The notes under the pieces were generated by a model that made no database searches, was not told where the DNA came from, and saw only the letters and a list, made by a program, of their open reading frames with translations. A program made the position numbers and the translations under genes. 64,000 nucleotides of DNA from Escherichia coli (GTDB taxonomy: Bacteria; Pseudomonadota; Gammaproteobacteria; Enterobacterales; Enterobacteriaceae): assembly GCF_003334355.1 (NCBI RefSeq), contig NZ_QOWP01000005.1. One strand, 5' to 3'. Below, piece by piece: positions 26,378 through 38,208 of this stretch. The stretch's first letter is position 1. Every line of letters starts with the position of its first letter.

Positions 26378-26789
26378 CTTCAATCAAACGCTTACCCAGA
26401 CTCAGCACGTCGGCGTGTTCATATCCCAGGCGTTCATACATTCCGAGCACCATGTCGTTATCTTCCGGCACGTTGATCTGAATTTTCGGGCAGCCACGAG
26501 CAATCAGCTTTTTCTCCAGCCGATTAAGCAACGCATTGGCAATCCCACGCCCACGAAACTCTGGATGCACGCCAAGATAATAAGCAGACCCGCGATGCCC
26601 GTCATAACCGCCCATCACCGTTCCGACCACGTCACCGTTTACCTCAGCGACCAAAAACAAACTGACGTCATGGTTCATCTTACGCTCGATGTCCATTTCC
26701 GGATCGTTCCACGGACGCAGCAAGTCGCAACGCTCCCAAAGGGTGATGACCTCTTCGAAATCTTCCTGGCGAAATACGCGTATCTCCAT
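26364..26789 (-). CDS. ypeA: GNAT-family N-acetyltransferase
   Basis: 141 aa from [14 protein letters not shown]; acetyl-CoA binding motif region [10 protein letters not shown]. Confidence 0.9.
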   Translation of the reverse strand: MEIRVFRQEDFEEVITLWERCDLLRPWNDPEMDIERKMNHDVSLFLVAEVNGDVVGTVMGGYDGHRGSAYYLGVHPEFRGRGIANALLNRLEKKLIARGCPKIQINVPEDNDMVLGMYERLGYEHADVLSLGKRLIEDEEY

Positions 26790-27002
26790 GGTATTCGTTA
26801 CCTTTTTGCGGGTTAAAAGGCTGATTATGGCGTGAACGGTCGAATTAGCCAATATCTGACGAAAATCGGTTGAAAAAGTGGCATAATGGGGAGTTGTCAA
26901 CTATTGAAATGAAAAGTAAAACAATTCTCAACAGCAAACCGTCGTAACGGATTACGCGATACGATATAACATCTGGAACTTTATTATTACAACTCAGGCC
27001 GT

Positions 27003-27872
27003 ATGAGCACTTTTAAACCACTAAAAACACTCACTTCGCGCCGCCAGGTGCTGAAAGCCGGTTTGGCTGCCCTGACGTTGTCAGGAATGTCGCAAGCCAT
27101 CGCCAAAGACGAACTTTTAAAAACCAGCAACGGACACAGCAAGCCGAAAGCCAAAAAATCTGGCGGCAAACGTGTCGTTGTTCTCGATCCAGGTCACGGC
27201 GGAATTGATACCGGAGCGATCGGACGCAACGGTTCGAAAGAAAAACATGTGGTGCTGGCGATTGCTAAAAACGTCCGTTCCATTTTGCGTAATCATGGGA
27301 TTGATGCGCGTTTAACGCGTTCTGGCGATACGTTTATCCCACTTTACGATCGCGTTGAAATCGCCCATAAACATGGCGCAGATCTGTTTATGTCAATTCA
27401 TGCCGATGGCTTTACCAACCCGAAAGCTGCCGGTGCTTCGGTATTTGCCCTCTCTAACCGTGGGGCAAGTAGCGCAATGGCGAAATACCTGTCTGAACGC
27501 GAAAACCGCGCCGATGAAGTTGCCGGTAAAAAGGCGACTGACAAGGATCACCTATTGCAACAAGTGCTGTTTGATCTGGTGCAAACAGATACCATTAAAA
27601 ATAGTCTGACGCTCGGCTCGCATATTCTGAAGAAGATTAAGCCGGTGCATAAACTGCACAGCCGCAACACCGAACAAGCGGCATTTGTGGTGTTGAAATC
27701 ACCGTCGGTTCCTTCGGTGCTGGTGGAAACCTCGTTTATCACCAACCCGGAAGAAGAACGGCTGTTAGGCACGGCGGCGTTTCGTCAGAAAATCGCCACA
27801 GCGATTGCTGAAGGCGTGATCAGTTATTTCCACTGGTTCGACAACCAGAAAGCACATTCGAAAAAGCGATAA
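27003..27872 (+). CDS. amiA: N-acetylmuramoyl-L-alanine amidase
   Basis: 289 aa; Tat-type signal (SRRQVLKAGLAALTL); amidase_3 fold. Confidence 0.95.
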   Translation: MSTFKPLKTLTSRRQVLKAGLAALTLSGMSQAIAKDELLKTSNGHSKPKAKKSGGKRVVVLDPGHGGIDTGAIGRNGSKEKHVVLAIAKNVRSILRNHGIDARLTRSGDTFIPLYDRVEIAHKHGADLFMSIHADGFTNPKAAGASVFALSNRGASSAMAKYLSERENRADEVAGKKATDKDHLLQQVLFDLVQTDTIKNSLTLGSHILKKIKPVHKLHSRNTEQAAFVVLKSPSVPSVLVETSFITNPEEERLLGTAAFRQKIATAIAEGVISYFHWFDNQKAHSKKR

Positions 27873-28775
<903 letters not shown>

Positions 28776-28780
28776 CTCCC

Positions 28781-29833
28781 TCACCCCCACTCCCGCATCC
28801 GCTGATGCAGCGTCAGTGACGGCTTCTCGGAAAACAGCTGCTGGTAATCCGTGGCAAATTGCCCCAGATGCCAGAATCCCCACTGCATGGCGGCGTCTTT
28901 TACCGTCATACTTTGCGACCACGGACTTATCAGTTCGCGGCGTACGGCGTTCAGGCGAATGCGTTTCAGCCACGCGTTCGGGCCAATGCCTAAAATAGCG
29001 TGAAACGCGTTTTGTAGCGTGCGGCGGCTGACATGCAGTTGATTACACAAATCCAGCACCGTCACCGGTTCGGACATGTTTTCCAGCACATATTCACGGG
29101 CGCGGGAAAGCAATCGACGGTAACTCTGATGACTGATGCTTTCCGCCGTCACCATTGGTTGCGCTTCTTCCAGCATGGCCCCCATCGCCATTAGCAAATT
29201 ATCCCCCAGCACTTTTCGCACTGCAGGCTGATGGAGATTTTCCGGATTCTCGCAAAACGTCGCCAGCGCCTGTTGGACAAAGCCCCACAGCGCGGCTTTA
29301 TGCTGCTCTTTCACTTCCAGCGCCGACTGGTTACGCAACATATGTAATACCCGATCCGGGTTATGCAAAAAGTTAGCCTGCCGGGTGATGACATCTTCAG
29401 AAAGCACCACGCCCAGGATCGTGTAATCATCCGGCGTGCTCAGTTCAAATTCAGTGCCACCAGGGCGGGTGGCGATTTCCGCGCTTCCCAGACATTGCGA
29501 ACCGATAAATCCCTGCTCACCGCGCGTCGCCGGAATGCCAAACCAGAACGAGTTCGGCCAGACCAGGCACGACTGACGCAGCGCCAGACCGGTGTATTCA
29601 CGAAAAACCTGAATATCATCGAGTAGAATTTCCGTAAATTCACCATGAAACTTGCCCGGATGCAGCTGATCGTAAATCTGCTGCCAGGCGGTAATCGTTA
29701 AAGCATGTTCATAGACATCCGTTGTCTGTCGTTGATGAACATTATCCACTTCGACCTTCGGCGTGAGCTTCAGGTTTTCGGGTAAGGGTTCATGATAAAG
29801 ATGGTGCAAATTGGCTGTACGGGTCTTTTTCAT
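28781..29833 (-). CDS. eutR: AraC-family activator of the eut operon
   Basis: 350 aa; C-terminal AraC HTH; last gene of eut cluster. Confidence 0.95.
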
Positions 29834-29878
29834 GATGTTAATGCCGGGTGTTGTAGGACACCCGGCACCTCCGACAGG

Positions 29879-30379
29879 TTAATGGGGCTTGAGACGATAA
29901 CGACTACTGCGTTTACGTAACGTCCCGGCAGAAAAGAGCTGTTCGAGCGCATTTCTGGCTTTTTCCAGCGGCCAGCCAAAGTGGGCAGCCACTTCTCCTG
30001 CCGTCATTCCCTGACGTACTGATGTTAACAGCGCCAACAACTCGTCAGCAGATTCCGCGACGATAACTGGCGCGTCGGGTTCCCTTACGGGTTGCTTCGG
30101 CTGGCGGTTAAAGCCAGTAACCAGCCACTGGGTGTCATCGTCTGGCCGACCGATCTCCTTGCGGCTGATGACACGCCCGGTACGCATCGCGGCAGCACAA
30201 CCTGCGTCCAGCGCCGCACGACACGCCGCCAGATCGCCTTCCACCACCAGCGTTAAGCGACCAGGGTCAAGCACTTCGTGACTGAGCAGACGAACGTTAG
30301 CTGCTTTGAGCATGGCATCCGCTGCATCTATCGCGGCGACCATGCCGTCCACTTCCAGCAATCCCAGTGCATTGATCAT
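29879..30379 (-). CDS. eutK: Microcompartment shell protein EutK (BMC domain + C-terminal nucleic-acid-binding-like domain)
   Basis: 166 aa from MINALGLLEVDGMVAAIDAADAMLKAANV. Confidence 0.93.
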   Translation of the reverse strand: MINALGLLEVDGMVAAIDAADAMLKAANVRLLSHEVLDPGRLTLVVEGDLAACRAALDAGCAAAMRTGRVISRKEIGRPDDDTQWLVTGFNRQPKQPVREPDAPVIVAESADELLALLTSVRQGMTAGEVAAHFGWPLEKARNALEQLFSAGTLRKRSSRYRLKPH

Positions 30380-30391
30380 CGGCAACCTCCG

Positions 30392-31051
30392 TTACGCACG
30401 CTGGATTGGATTACGCGCGATTTCCAGCACTGCATCGGTAAAGGCGTTACAGGCTGCTTTACACGCTGCCTGGCTACCGGTTAAAAATGCTGCCGAGTAG
30501 TTGGTTTCAGACGGTGGCGGGACATAGGTCGCCAGCTGTACGTCGGCAGACTTCAGGGCTGCATCAATGCCATAGGTCGCTTCCAGCGGCGGTGCCACCA
30601 GATACGCCATCGGATCGCCAAGCGTGATCCCGGCGGTTGATGAGAGATAAGAACCGGTACGCGAAACTACATGTGCCAGGAATGCCGTATCTTGCGCGTC
30701 ATTAGCCCACTGGAAAGCTGCGCCATTTTCAATATGCGCAATCATCGCATCCAGACCTGCACGCACTTCCGCCGGGTTTGGCCCACCAAGCATAATCAGC
30801 ACTTCACCGGCAGTCGGTGACGGGCCGTGTGCAGCGCCCGCATATAGCGAGCGGCCATACACCACTTCCACCATCGCCTGCTTGGTCGCTTCATCAGCGG
30901 CAATGTAGGTGACGTCATCGGAGTCGGCAGAAATCAGACCGAGGCTACGAATATGCGGCGGCAATTTCAGTTCACGCGCAAAATCGGCGTTAACGGAGGC
31001 AATCACCCGCATAGCGGTGACAGACGGTCGAATCAAATCTAAAGCTGGCAT
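30392..31051 (-). CDS. eutL: Microcompartment shell protein EutL (tandem BMC)
   Basis: 219 aa. Confidence 0.95.
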   Translation of the reverse strand: MPALDLIRPSVTAMRVIASVNADFARELKLPPHIRSLGLISADSDDVTYIAADEATKQAMVEVVYGRSLYAGAAHGPSPTAGEVLIMLGGPNPAEVRAGLDAMIAHIENGAAFQWANDAQDTAFLAHVVSRTGSYLSSTAGITLGDPMAYLVAPPLEATYGIDAALKSADVQLATYVPPPSETNYSAAFLTGSQAACKAACNAFTDAVLEIARNPIQRA

Positions 31052-31060
31052 GATGCCTCC

Positions 31061-31948
31061 TTATCGGGTCATGTTGATGCCGGATGCTTTCTGCTCCAGC
31101 ATACGTTTCGCCAAATCCACAATGACGGCTGCGGCTTCAACCGGCGGCGTGCCGCCCTGGTGAATGTTAGAGATACAGGTGCGATCGGCCTCAACGGTGG
31201 TCGCCATACGCGGCGAGTAAACGGCGTAGCAGGAGAGGCTTTCTGACTGACCCAACCCCGGACGTTCGCCCACCAGCAGGATCACTACTTTCGCGCCGAG
31301 GATCTCACCGATCTGATCTTCAATCTTCACGCGACCATAACGAACAAAGAATGGTGTACCGACTTTCAGCCCGGCCTGTTTCAGGCCCGCCATCAGCGGT
31401 GGCAGGATCTCTTCGTAGTTCACGGTGATCGCATCAGTTGACAGGCCATCAGAAATAACGACCTGTACGTCCGGATTGGCAACACACTGCGCTTTCAGCG
31501 CTTCAACAGCTTCTGCACACAGGCGGCGGCCCATATCCGGGCGAGTCAGGTAGAGATTTTTGTCGCTAATTTCAGAGCGTACTTCCAGCAAGCCCTGCGC
31601 TTTCACCCACTCTTCCGGCACTTCTTTCAGTACGGTATCTTTCGAACGAGAGTGATCGGCCAGGAAACGCAGCAGCGCCTGCGTACGTGGACGCGGACCG
31701 GCACGACCGGTACAAACGCGGGCCACGGTGCTGCGGCGCAGTTCTGTTAATACGTCTGCGCGATGCGGATTTTCAACACCAATCCACGCTTTTGCTTCAG
31801 CGGAACCTAAATCCAGCGCACAGCTTTCCGAGGTCACCGGTGCCGCACAGTTGGTGGTGGCGCACTTTGCTTCTGACGGCGCGGGGGCCGCTTGTCCCAT
31901 TGACGCCATCACGCTGCGTACAATTTCTTCAATCTGTTTTTGATCCAT
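31061..31948 (-). CDS. eutC: Ethanolamine ammonia-lyase small subunit
   Basis: 295 aa. Confidence 0.95.
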
Positions 31949-31968
31949 GATATGTTATCTCCGCGTCA

Positions 31969-33330
31969 TCAGAAGAACAGTGACGGATCGCCCGCCCGTT
32001 TGGTCAGGCGACCGTTTGCCATAATGCCCATGCTTTCCAGCCAGCGTTCAAACTCCGGTGACGGGCGCAGGTTGAGTAACTGACGCACAGTGGCGGTATC
32101 GTGGAATGCGGTGGTCTGGTAGTTGAGCATGATGTCATCACCCAGCGGCATCCCCATGATGTAGTTGCAGCCTGCGGTGGCGAGCAGGATCATCAGGTTT
32201 TCGTTGAGGTTCTGGTCAGCGTCAGCGTGGTTGGTATAACAGCAGTCACAGCCCATAGAGATGCCACTCAGCTTGCCCATAAAGTGATCTTCTAAGCCAG
32301 CACGGATAATCTGGCGGTCGTTGTAGAGATACTCCGGCCCAATAAAGCCGACCACGGTGTTGACGATAAACGGATCGTAATGACGCGCCAGCCCGTAGTT
32401 ACGTGCTTCCATCGTTACCTGGTCTGCGCCGAAGTTAGCGCCAGCGGATAGCGCAGAGCCTTGTCCGGTTTCGAAGTAGAGGCAGTTTTCCCCGGCGATA
32501 CGGTTGAACTCCGCGCCCACTGCGCGCGCTTCGTCGAGCATCGCCAGCTCCACGCCAAACTCTTTCAGCCCTTTTTCGCTGCCACAGATACTCTGGAAAA
32601 TCAGCCCGCCCGGTGCGCCACGACGGATCGCTTCGATCTGGGTGGTGACGTGCGCCAGTACACAGCCCTGAGTTGGGATGTTGAATTTGTCGATCACGCC
32701 ATAGATGGTATCCAACACGCGGCTTAAGTTTTCCACGTCGTCAGTCACCGGGTTAACGCCGATCACCGCATCGCCCACCCCGAAGGAAAGCCCTTCGTAG
32801 ATTTGCGCGGCGATACTTTGCACGTCGTCACGGGTGTCATTTGGCTGCAAACGGGCGCTAAAGGTGCCCGGAATACCGATGGTGGTATTGGCCTTTTTGA
32901 TTACCGGCATTTTCTTCGCGCCGTAGATCAGGTCCGCGTTGGAGCAAATCTTCGCTACCGCCGCGACCACTTCCGAGGTCAGCCCTTTGCGGGTAAAGGC
33001 AATGTCGTCCACGCTGGTTTCATCGCTCAGCACATACTCACGCAGTTCGCTGATGCTCCAGTTTTTAATCTGGTTGTAGGCCGTTTCGTTAACATCGTCC
33101 TGAATCAGCCGCGTCACGCAGTCATCTTCATAGGCAATCACCGGATTATTGCGGATGTCCGCTACGGTCATTTCCGACAACACCTGCTTTGCCGCCACGC
33201 GCTCCTGTGAGCTTGCCGCTGCGACGCCCGCCAGCACATCCCCCGAACGCAGTTCGTTGGCTTTAGCCAGCACCTCTTTTACATCCTTAAACTGATATAC
33301 ATTGCCGAACAATGTGGTCTTTAGTTTCAT
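31969..33330 (-). CDS. eutB: Ethanolamine ammonia-lyase large subunit
   Basis: 453 aa. Confidence 0.97.
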   Translation of the reverse strand: MKLKTTLFGNVYQFKDVKEVLAKANELRSGDVLAGVAAASSQERVAAKQVLSEMTVADIRNNPVIAYEDDCVTRLIQDDVNETAYNQIKNWSISELREYVLSDETSVDDIAFTRKGLTSEVVAAVAKICSNADLIYGAKKMPVIKKANTTIGIPGTFSARLQPNDTRDDVQSIAAQIYEGLSFGVGDAVIGVNPVTDDVENLSRVLDTIYGVIDKFNIPTQGCVLAHVTTQIEAIRRGAPGGLIFQSICGSEKGLKEFGVELAMLDEARAVGAEFNRIAGENCLYFETGQGSALSAGANFGADQVTMEARNYGLARHYDPFIVNTVVGFIGPEYLYNDRQIIRAGLEDHFMGKLSGISMGCDCCYTNHADADQNLNENLMILLATAGCNYIMGMPLGDDIMLNYQTTAFHDTATVRQLLNLRPSPEFERWLESMGIMANGRLTKRAGDPSLFF

Positions 33331-33341
33331 AAGTCGTTCCC

Positions 33342-34745
33342 TCAGGAAGGAAATGCGAGTGATTTCACCGTCACCGGCACAACCGATCCGCCAAAAAGAG
33401 GCGTACCAATGTCGATATAGTCCCCCGCGCGGACAATCACTTCGTCAATGACTGCCAACGGGAGTTGTTGTAGCTGTGGGCGCAACAACATGCCCAGAGC
33501 TTTACCAAAGTCCTGCCCGGCCACCACCAGCAGGGGATGCGGATTCGGAAAACGCGCGACGAAATCGACCAACGCGTTGATGACCGTCAGTACCGCGGCG
33601 TAACGCACAGGCAGCGAGGCGGGAAGCGCCAGCACGTACGCGTCAGTTTTGGGATCAAGATCCAGCTGAATCAGCGCCTGTTGCCAGGCCCCCACCAGAT
33701 CCGTTTCATCAATCGGGATCGCCACCGGCAAATTGCGCAGCGGCAGTTGTACGCCCTCAAGCCAGATTGTGCTGCCAGAGAGCGAAAGGGTATGCGCGCC
33801 CGCGCCAATCACCGTGGCGCGCACGGTTTGCGCCGGAAACTGTACGTTCATCTCACGCAGGCGCGGATGGTCATGCAGCGCAGTTGCCAGCAGCGGGCCA
33901 ATATCGGCAAAACAGAACGGGTCGGCGGGCTGGTGGCGATAACATTCGCCCACGCCGCCAGAAAGCGTAATGATTTCGGGCGTAACACCTGCGGGCAGCA
34001 AACCGGTTTGCATCAATGCCTGCGCGAGCGGTGAGAGCGTTCCGTCAATCACTTCGACAATCAGTTCTGCCATCCGCCGGGTCACCTGCACCAGCTGCGC
34101 GCCGGTCAGCGAACGGGCGTCGGTGCCTGCACCGAAGCACTCATCCACAATCATCTGCCCCGGTTTATGAGCGTAAACCACGCGCCCGTGGCTGTCGGTT
34201 TCCAGCAGGCGACCACCGACGTTGAGGCAGGCAGTGCCGCTGATTTTTCCGGCATCGAACAGGGCGTAGTTCGCGGTGCCACCGCCGATGTCGATATTCA
34301 GTACCCGACACAGCCGTTGTTCAGAAAGGGTTTGTGCCCCGGCTCCGTGACCGGCGATCACGGATTCGAGGTGCGGCCCGGCGCTGGCAACGACAAAATC
34401 GCCCAGCGACTGAGAGAGCGCCATCACCGCCGGGCGAGCATTGCGGGTTTTCGCGCTTTCACCGGTGATGATGATGGCACCAGAATCAACGCTTTCCGGC
34501 TCAATACCCGCAGCATGATATTGCTCGAGTATTAAGGTTTTCAGTTCCGCTTCTTTTAAACCGCCCTGTTTATCGACAGGGGTAAAGAACACCGGACTTT
34601 GCCAGCTAATTTCGCGTTTAATGAATTCGTAGCGCGGCACCTGCGACACCGCCGCACGGTTAACCAGCTCCAGCCGGGAGAAAATCACCTGGGTGGTGGT
34701 GGTGCCGATATCGATACCGACGCTCAATAGCTGGCGAGTGTTCAC
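33342..34745 (-). CDS. eutA: Ethanolamine ammonia-lyase reactivase
   Basis: 467 aa; contiguous with eutB (11-nt spacer). Confidence 0.95.
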   Translation of the reverse strand: MNTRQLLSVGIDIGTTTTQVIFSRLELVNRAAVSQVPRYEFIKREISWQSPVFFTPVDKQGGLKEAELKTLILEQYHAAGIEPESVDSGAIIITGESAKTRNARPAVMALSQSLGDFVVASAGPHLESVIAGHGAGAQTLSEQRLCRVLNIDIGGGTANYALFDAGKISGTACLNVGGRLLETDSHGRVVYAHKPGQMIVDECFGAGTDARSLTGAQLVQVTRRMAELIVEVIDGTLSPLAQALMQTGLLPAGVTPEIITLSGGVGECYRHQPADPFCFADIGPLLATALHDHPRLREMNVQFPAQTVRATVIGAGAHTLSLSGSTIWLEGVQLPLRNLPVAIPIDETDLVGAWQQALIQLDLDPKTDAYVLALPASLPVRYAAVLTVINALVDFVARFPNPHPLLVVAGQDFGKALGMLLRPQLQQLPLAVIDEVIVRAGDYIDIGTPLFGGSVVPVTVKSLAFPS

Positions 34746-35968
34746 GATTGTGCCTCCGCTTCGGTTTTAGTCGCGGTCGCGTCTTCTTTTGGCACCAGCA
34801 TCATCGCCACGCCAATCGCCGTTACGCCGCCGATCAACTTGCCGACAATCATCGGGAAGATCATGGCGTTCATGTTGGCAGCGGCGAAGCCTAAGTGGTC
34901 GCCCAGGGCGAAAGCAGCGGAAACGGCGAAGGCGCAGTTGATGACTTTGCCGCGGGTATCCATCTGCTTCATCATGCCGAACATCGGGATGTTGTTGGCA
35001 AGCGTTGCCACCATGCCGGCTGCCGCGATGTTGTTCATATTCAGTACTTTACCGACGCTCATCAGCGGTTTTTCAAACCAGCGAGTCAGCAGCAGCACCA
35101 TCGGATACGCCCCTAACAGAACGCAGGAGATAGAACCGATAACTTCAATGGCGCGCATCACCTCACCGGGTTTATCGCCAGGGGCCATAAAGATAGGATC
35201 CAGACCGGGGATCAGTTCCCAGCCAAGCAGGAATTTCACTACCGCAGCGGCAAGACCGAGGGTGATCAATGCAACGAGGAATTTGGCGAAGATCTGGAAG
35301 CCGTTGATCATTTTTTCCGGGATGAATTTCAGCCCCAGCGCCACCAGAATCGCAACAATGATCACCGGGATCATGTTCATCAGGATCAGGGCGAAAGTGA
35401 ATTCCACCGGCTGGCCGTTGATCTGCACACCGGAGTACATAGCAACCAGACCACCAGCGATACAACCAATCGGAATGGTCACAATGCCCGCCAGCACGCC
35501 GAGCGCCAGATAACGACGGTCAGAAGGTTCGATAATGCCGAGCGCCACCGGAATGGAAAACACAATCGTTGGCCCCATCATCGACCCGAGAATTAACCCA
35601 GAGTATAGCCACGCGGCTACGTCGCCGCCCGCCAGCTCTTTGGCGAGGAAGAAGCCGCCCATATCGCACGCCAGCAGTGTTCCGGCGAACATCGATGGGT
35701 TAGCGCCGAGCATTTCGTAAACCGGAATAATTACCGGCCCGAGAACGTGAGCCAGTACCGGTGCCAGCGCGGTCATACCGACCATCGCCAGGCCCAGTGC
35801 GCCCATTGCCATAAAGCCTTCTTCGAACTGACCGCCTGATCCTTCGATACTTTTACCGAACTTACCGAGGAAACGAGCAGAACCGCCGAACTGCGACAGG
35901 ATCCTGTCTACGGCAGCTATCAGCATAAAGAACATCATGATGTACATGATGATTTCGTTAATTCCCAT
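34742..35968 (-). CDS. eutH: Ethanolamine permease/facilitator
   Basis: 408 aa polytopic membrane protein. Confidence 0.95.
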   Translation of the reverse strand: MGINEIIMYIMMFFMLIAAVDRILSQFGGSARFLGKFGKSIEGSGGQFEEGFMAMGALGLAMVGMTALAPVLAHVLGPVIIPVYEMLGANPSMFAGTLLACDMGGFFLAKELAGGDVAAWLYSGLILGSMMGPTIVFSIPVALGIIEPSDRRYLALGVLAGIVTIPIGCIAGGLVAMYSGVQINGQPVEFTFALILMNMIPVIIVAILVALGLKFIPEKMINGFQIFAKFLVALITLGLAAAVVKFLLGWELIPGLDPIFMAPGDKPGEVMRAIEVIGSISCVLLGAYPMVLLLTRWFEKPLMSVGKVLNMNNIAAAGMVATLANNIPMFGMMKQMDTRGKVINCAFAVSAAFALGDHLGFAAANMNAMIFPMIVGKLIGGVTAIGVAMMLVPKEDATATKTEAEAQS

Positions 35969-35998
35969 CGCCTTTACTCCCTGTTAGTTGTTATTTAT

Positions 35999-36183
<185 letters not shown>

Positions 36184-36184
36184 T

Positions 36185-37372
36185 TTATTGCGCCGCTGCG
36201 TACAGGCCGACAATCTGCTCCAGGCTGGCGGTACGCGGGTTACTGCGCAGACAAATATCTTCCAGCGCGGCCTGCGCCCATGCGCCGTAATGCGCAGATG
36301 TCGCACCAACATCGCCCAGTCGTTTACCAATCCCAACTTCCGCAATCAGCTCACTTACCGCGTTAATAGCGTCACGATCGTCGGATTTTTTAGTTCGCAG
36401 TGCCCGACCAATCTGACTAAAGCGTTCACGACAAACCATCCGGTTAAATTCCATCACCGTTGGCAGCAACATGGCGTTCGCGAGACCGTGCGGAATATGC
36501 AGCGCCGCGCCCGGCTGATGCGCCATCGCGTGGCACAACCCAAGACCCGCACTGGAAAACGCCATTCCCGCCATACATGAAGCCAGTAACATGCTCTCGC
36601 GCGCGGCAAGGTCGTGACCGTAGCCCACCGCTTTCGGCAGCGATTTGCCAATCATCGCAATGGCACCAATCGCCAGGCTGTCGGTAAACGGTGTAGCGTT
36701 CAGGGCGCTGTATGCTTCAATGGCATGGGTTAACGCATCAATGCCGGTCATCGCCGTGACATGCGACGGCACACCTTCGGTCAATGCGGCGTCGAGGATC
36801 GCCACATCCGGCATCAGCGAGGCATGGGCTAACACCTGCTTGCGCCCGCTCACCGCGTCGATAATCACCGTTACATTGGTGGTTTCAGAGCCGGTTCCGG
36901 CGGTCGTTGGAATGGCAATCAGCGGCAAGCGCGGTTGCAGAACGCTGGTTTCTGACATCTCTGCCAGCGTGCTATCGGGGTTCGTCACCAGCAACGCCAC
37001 GGCTTTCGCCGCATCCAGCACCGAGCCGCCGCCAAATGCGATCACCCCATCACAGCCTGACTCACGCAACTGCGCCACGGCTGCACACACGTCGGTAATG
37101 CACGGTTCGCCCACCGGACATGGCCAGAGCGTCATGGCGATGCCTTTAACAGCCAGGCTGCGCGTCAGCCCGGCGGTCATCCCCGCCTGATGCAAAAAGC
37201 TGTCTGCCATCACGAACAGATGTTTCAGCCCACGCGTTTGCGCTTGCTGCCCGCAACTGCTCACCGCGCCCGGACCGCAAAGCGTCACCGGTGGAACGCT
37301 AAATGTTTTTACCCGTTGCAGATTCAGGGTATCGAACGCCTGAAAGAGCGCGGTCTGCAATTCATTTTGCAT
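36185..37372 (-). CDS. eutG: Iron-containing alcohol dehydrogenase
   Basis: 395 aa from MQNELQTALFQAF; Fe-ADH fold. Confidence 0.93.
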   Translation of the reverse strand: MQNELQTALFQAFDTLNLQRVKTFSVPPVTLCGPGAVSSCGQQAQTRGLKHLFVMADSFLHQAGMTAGLTRSLAVKGIAMTLWPCPVGEPCITDVCAAVAQLRESGCDGVIAFGGGSVLDAAKAVALLVTNPDSTLAEMSETSVLQPRLPLIAIPTTAGTGSETTNVTVIIDAVSGRKQVLAHASLMPDVAILDAALTEGVPSHVTAMTGIDALTHAIEAYSALNATPFTDSLAIGAIAMIGKSLPKAVGYGHDLAARESMLLASCMAGMAFSSAGLGLCHAMAHQPGAALHIPHGLANAMLLPTVMEFNRMVCRERFSQIGRALRTKKSDDRDAINAVSELIAEVGIGKRLGDVGATSAHYGAWAQAALEDICLRSNPRTASLEQIVGLYAAAQ

Positions 37373-38198
37373 ATAGCCCCTCCGCTTTCTCTCGCCCACT
37401 ACTGGCGATCGCCAGCGGGGTCATAAACAAACTGTGCTGCGGTAAATGCACCTGTAACGCCGGGAATTGTTTGCGAAACAGTTCCGCCACGCCCGGTTGC
37501 AAACAAGAGCCGCCCGCCAGCCATAAATCAGTAATGCCCTGCCCTTCAATATGCCGGGCGACAATGTCCGCCATTTTTTCGTACACCGGTTTCACCGCAG
37601 GCCAAATCTCTTCACCGTGACCGCGCTTGTACTGCTCCGCCTCTTCCAGCGAAATACGGCGATTTCCGGCGAGAGTCAGAGAGATGTGATGTCCGCCGGT
37701 GGCTTCATCCGCCGAGTACGTCACCTTGCCCTTTTTCACGATGGCAATGCCGGTAGTGCCGCCGCCGATATCCACTACACCGGCGTTGTCCAGTTGCAGC
37801 AGATCCGCAACTGCGGTTGGCTCATCCAGCACATGGCTCACTTCCAGCCCGGCAGATTCCAGCACGTTGATGGAAATACGCGGGTCCGTACCTGGAGGAA
37901 ATGAAGTCGCCGCATGGCTAAAACGAAGACCGAATTGCTGCTCAAGAGTGTCGAGATGGCGACGAACAATGGTGACCGCACCGAAGAAATCCCAGACGAT
38001 GCCGTCGCGGACCACATCGGCCCAGTCGAGGCATACCGCCACCGGCTGACCGTCGCGGTCAACAACCATCGACACCACATCGCAGGTGCCCAGATCCACC
38101 CCCAGCCACAGCGGAGATTCCGTCGCGGCGGGCGTCTGGTTACACAGCGTTGCCGCCGTTTGCAGACGTGGGGTGAGCCATTGTTCGTCGTGCGCCAT
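37362..38198 (-). CDS. eutJ: Hsp70/actin-fold chaperone-like protein EutJ
   Basis: 278 aa; DIGGGTTG nucleotide-binding motif. Confidence 0.93.
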   Translation of the reverse strand: MAHDEQWLTPRLQTAATLCNQTPAATESPLWLGVDLGTCDVVSMVVDRDGQPVAVCLDWADVVRDGIVWDFFGAVTIVRRHLDTLEQQFGLRFSHAATSFPPGTDPRISINVLESAGLEVSHVLDEPTAVADLLQLDNAGVVDIGGGTTGIAIVKKGKVTYSADEATGGHHISLTLAGNRRISLEEAEQYKRGHGEEIWPAVKPVYEKMADIVARHIEGQGITDLWLAGGSCLQPGVAELFRKQFPALQVHLPQHSLFMTPLAIASSGREKAEGLYAK

Positions 38199-38208
38199 CT
38201 GTTACTCC

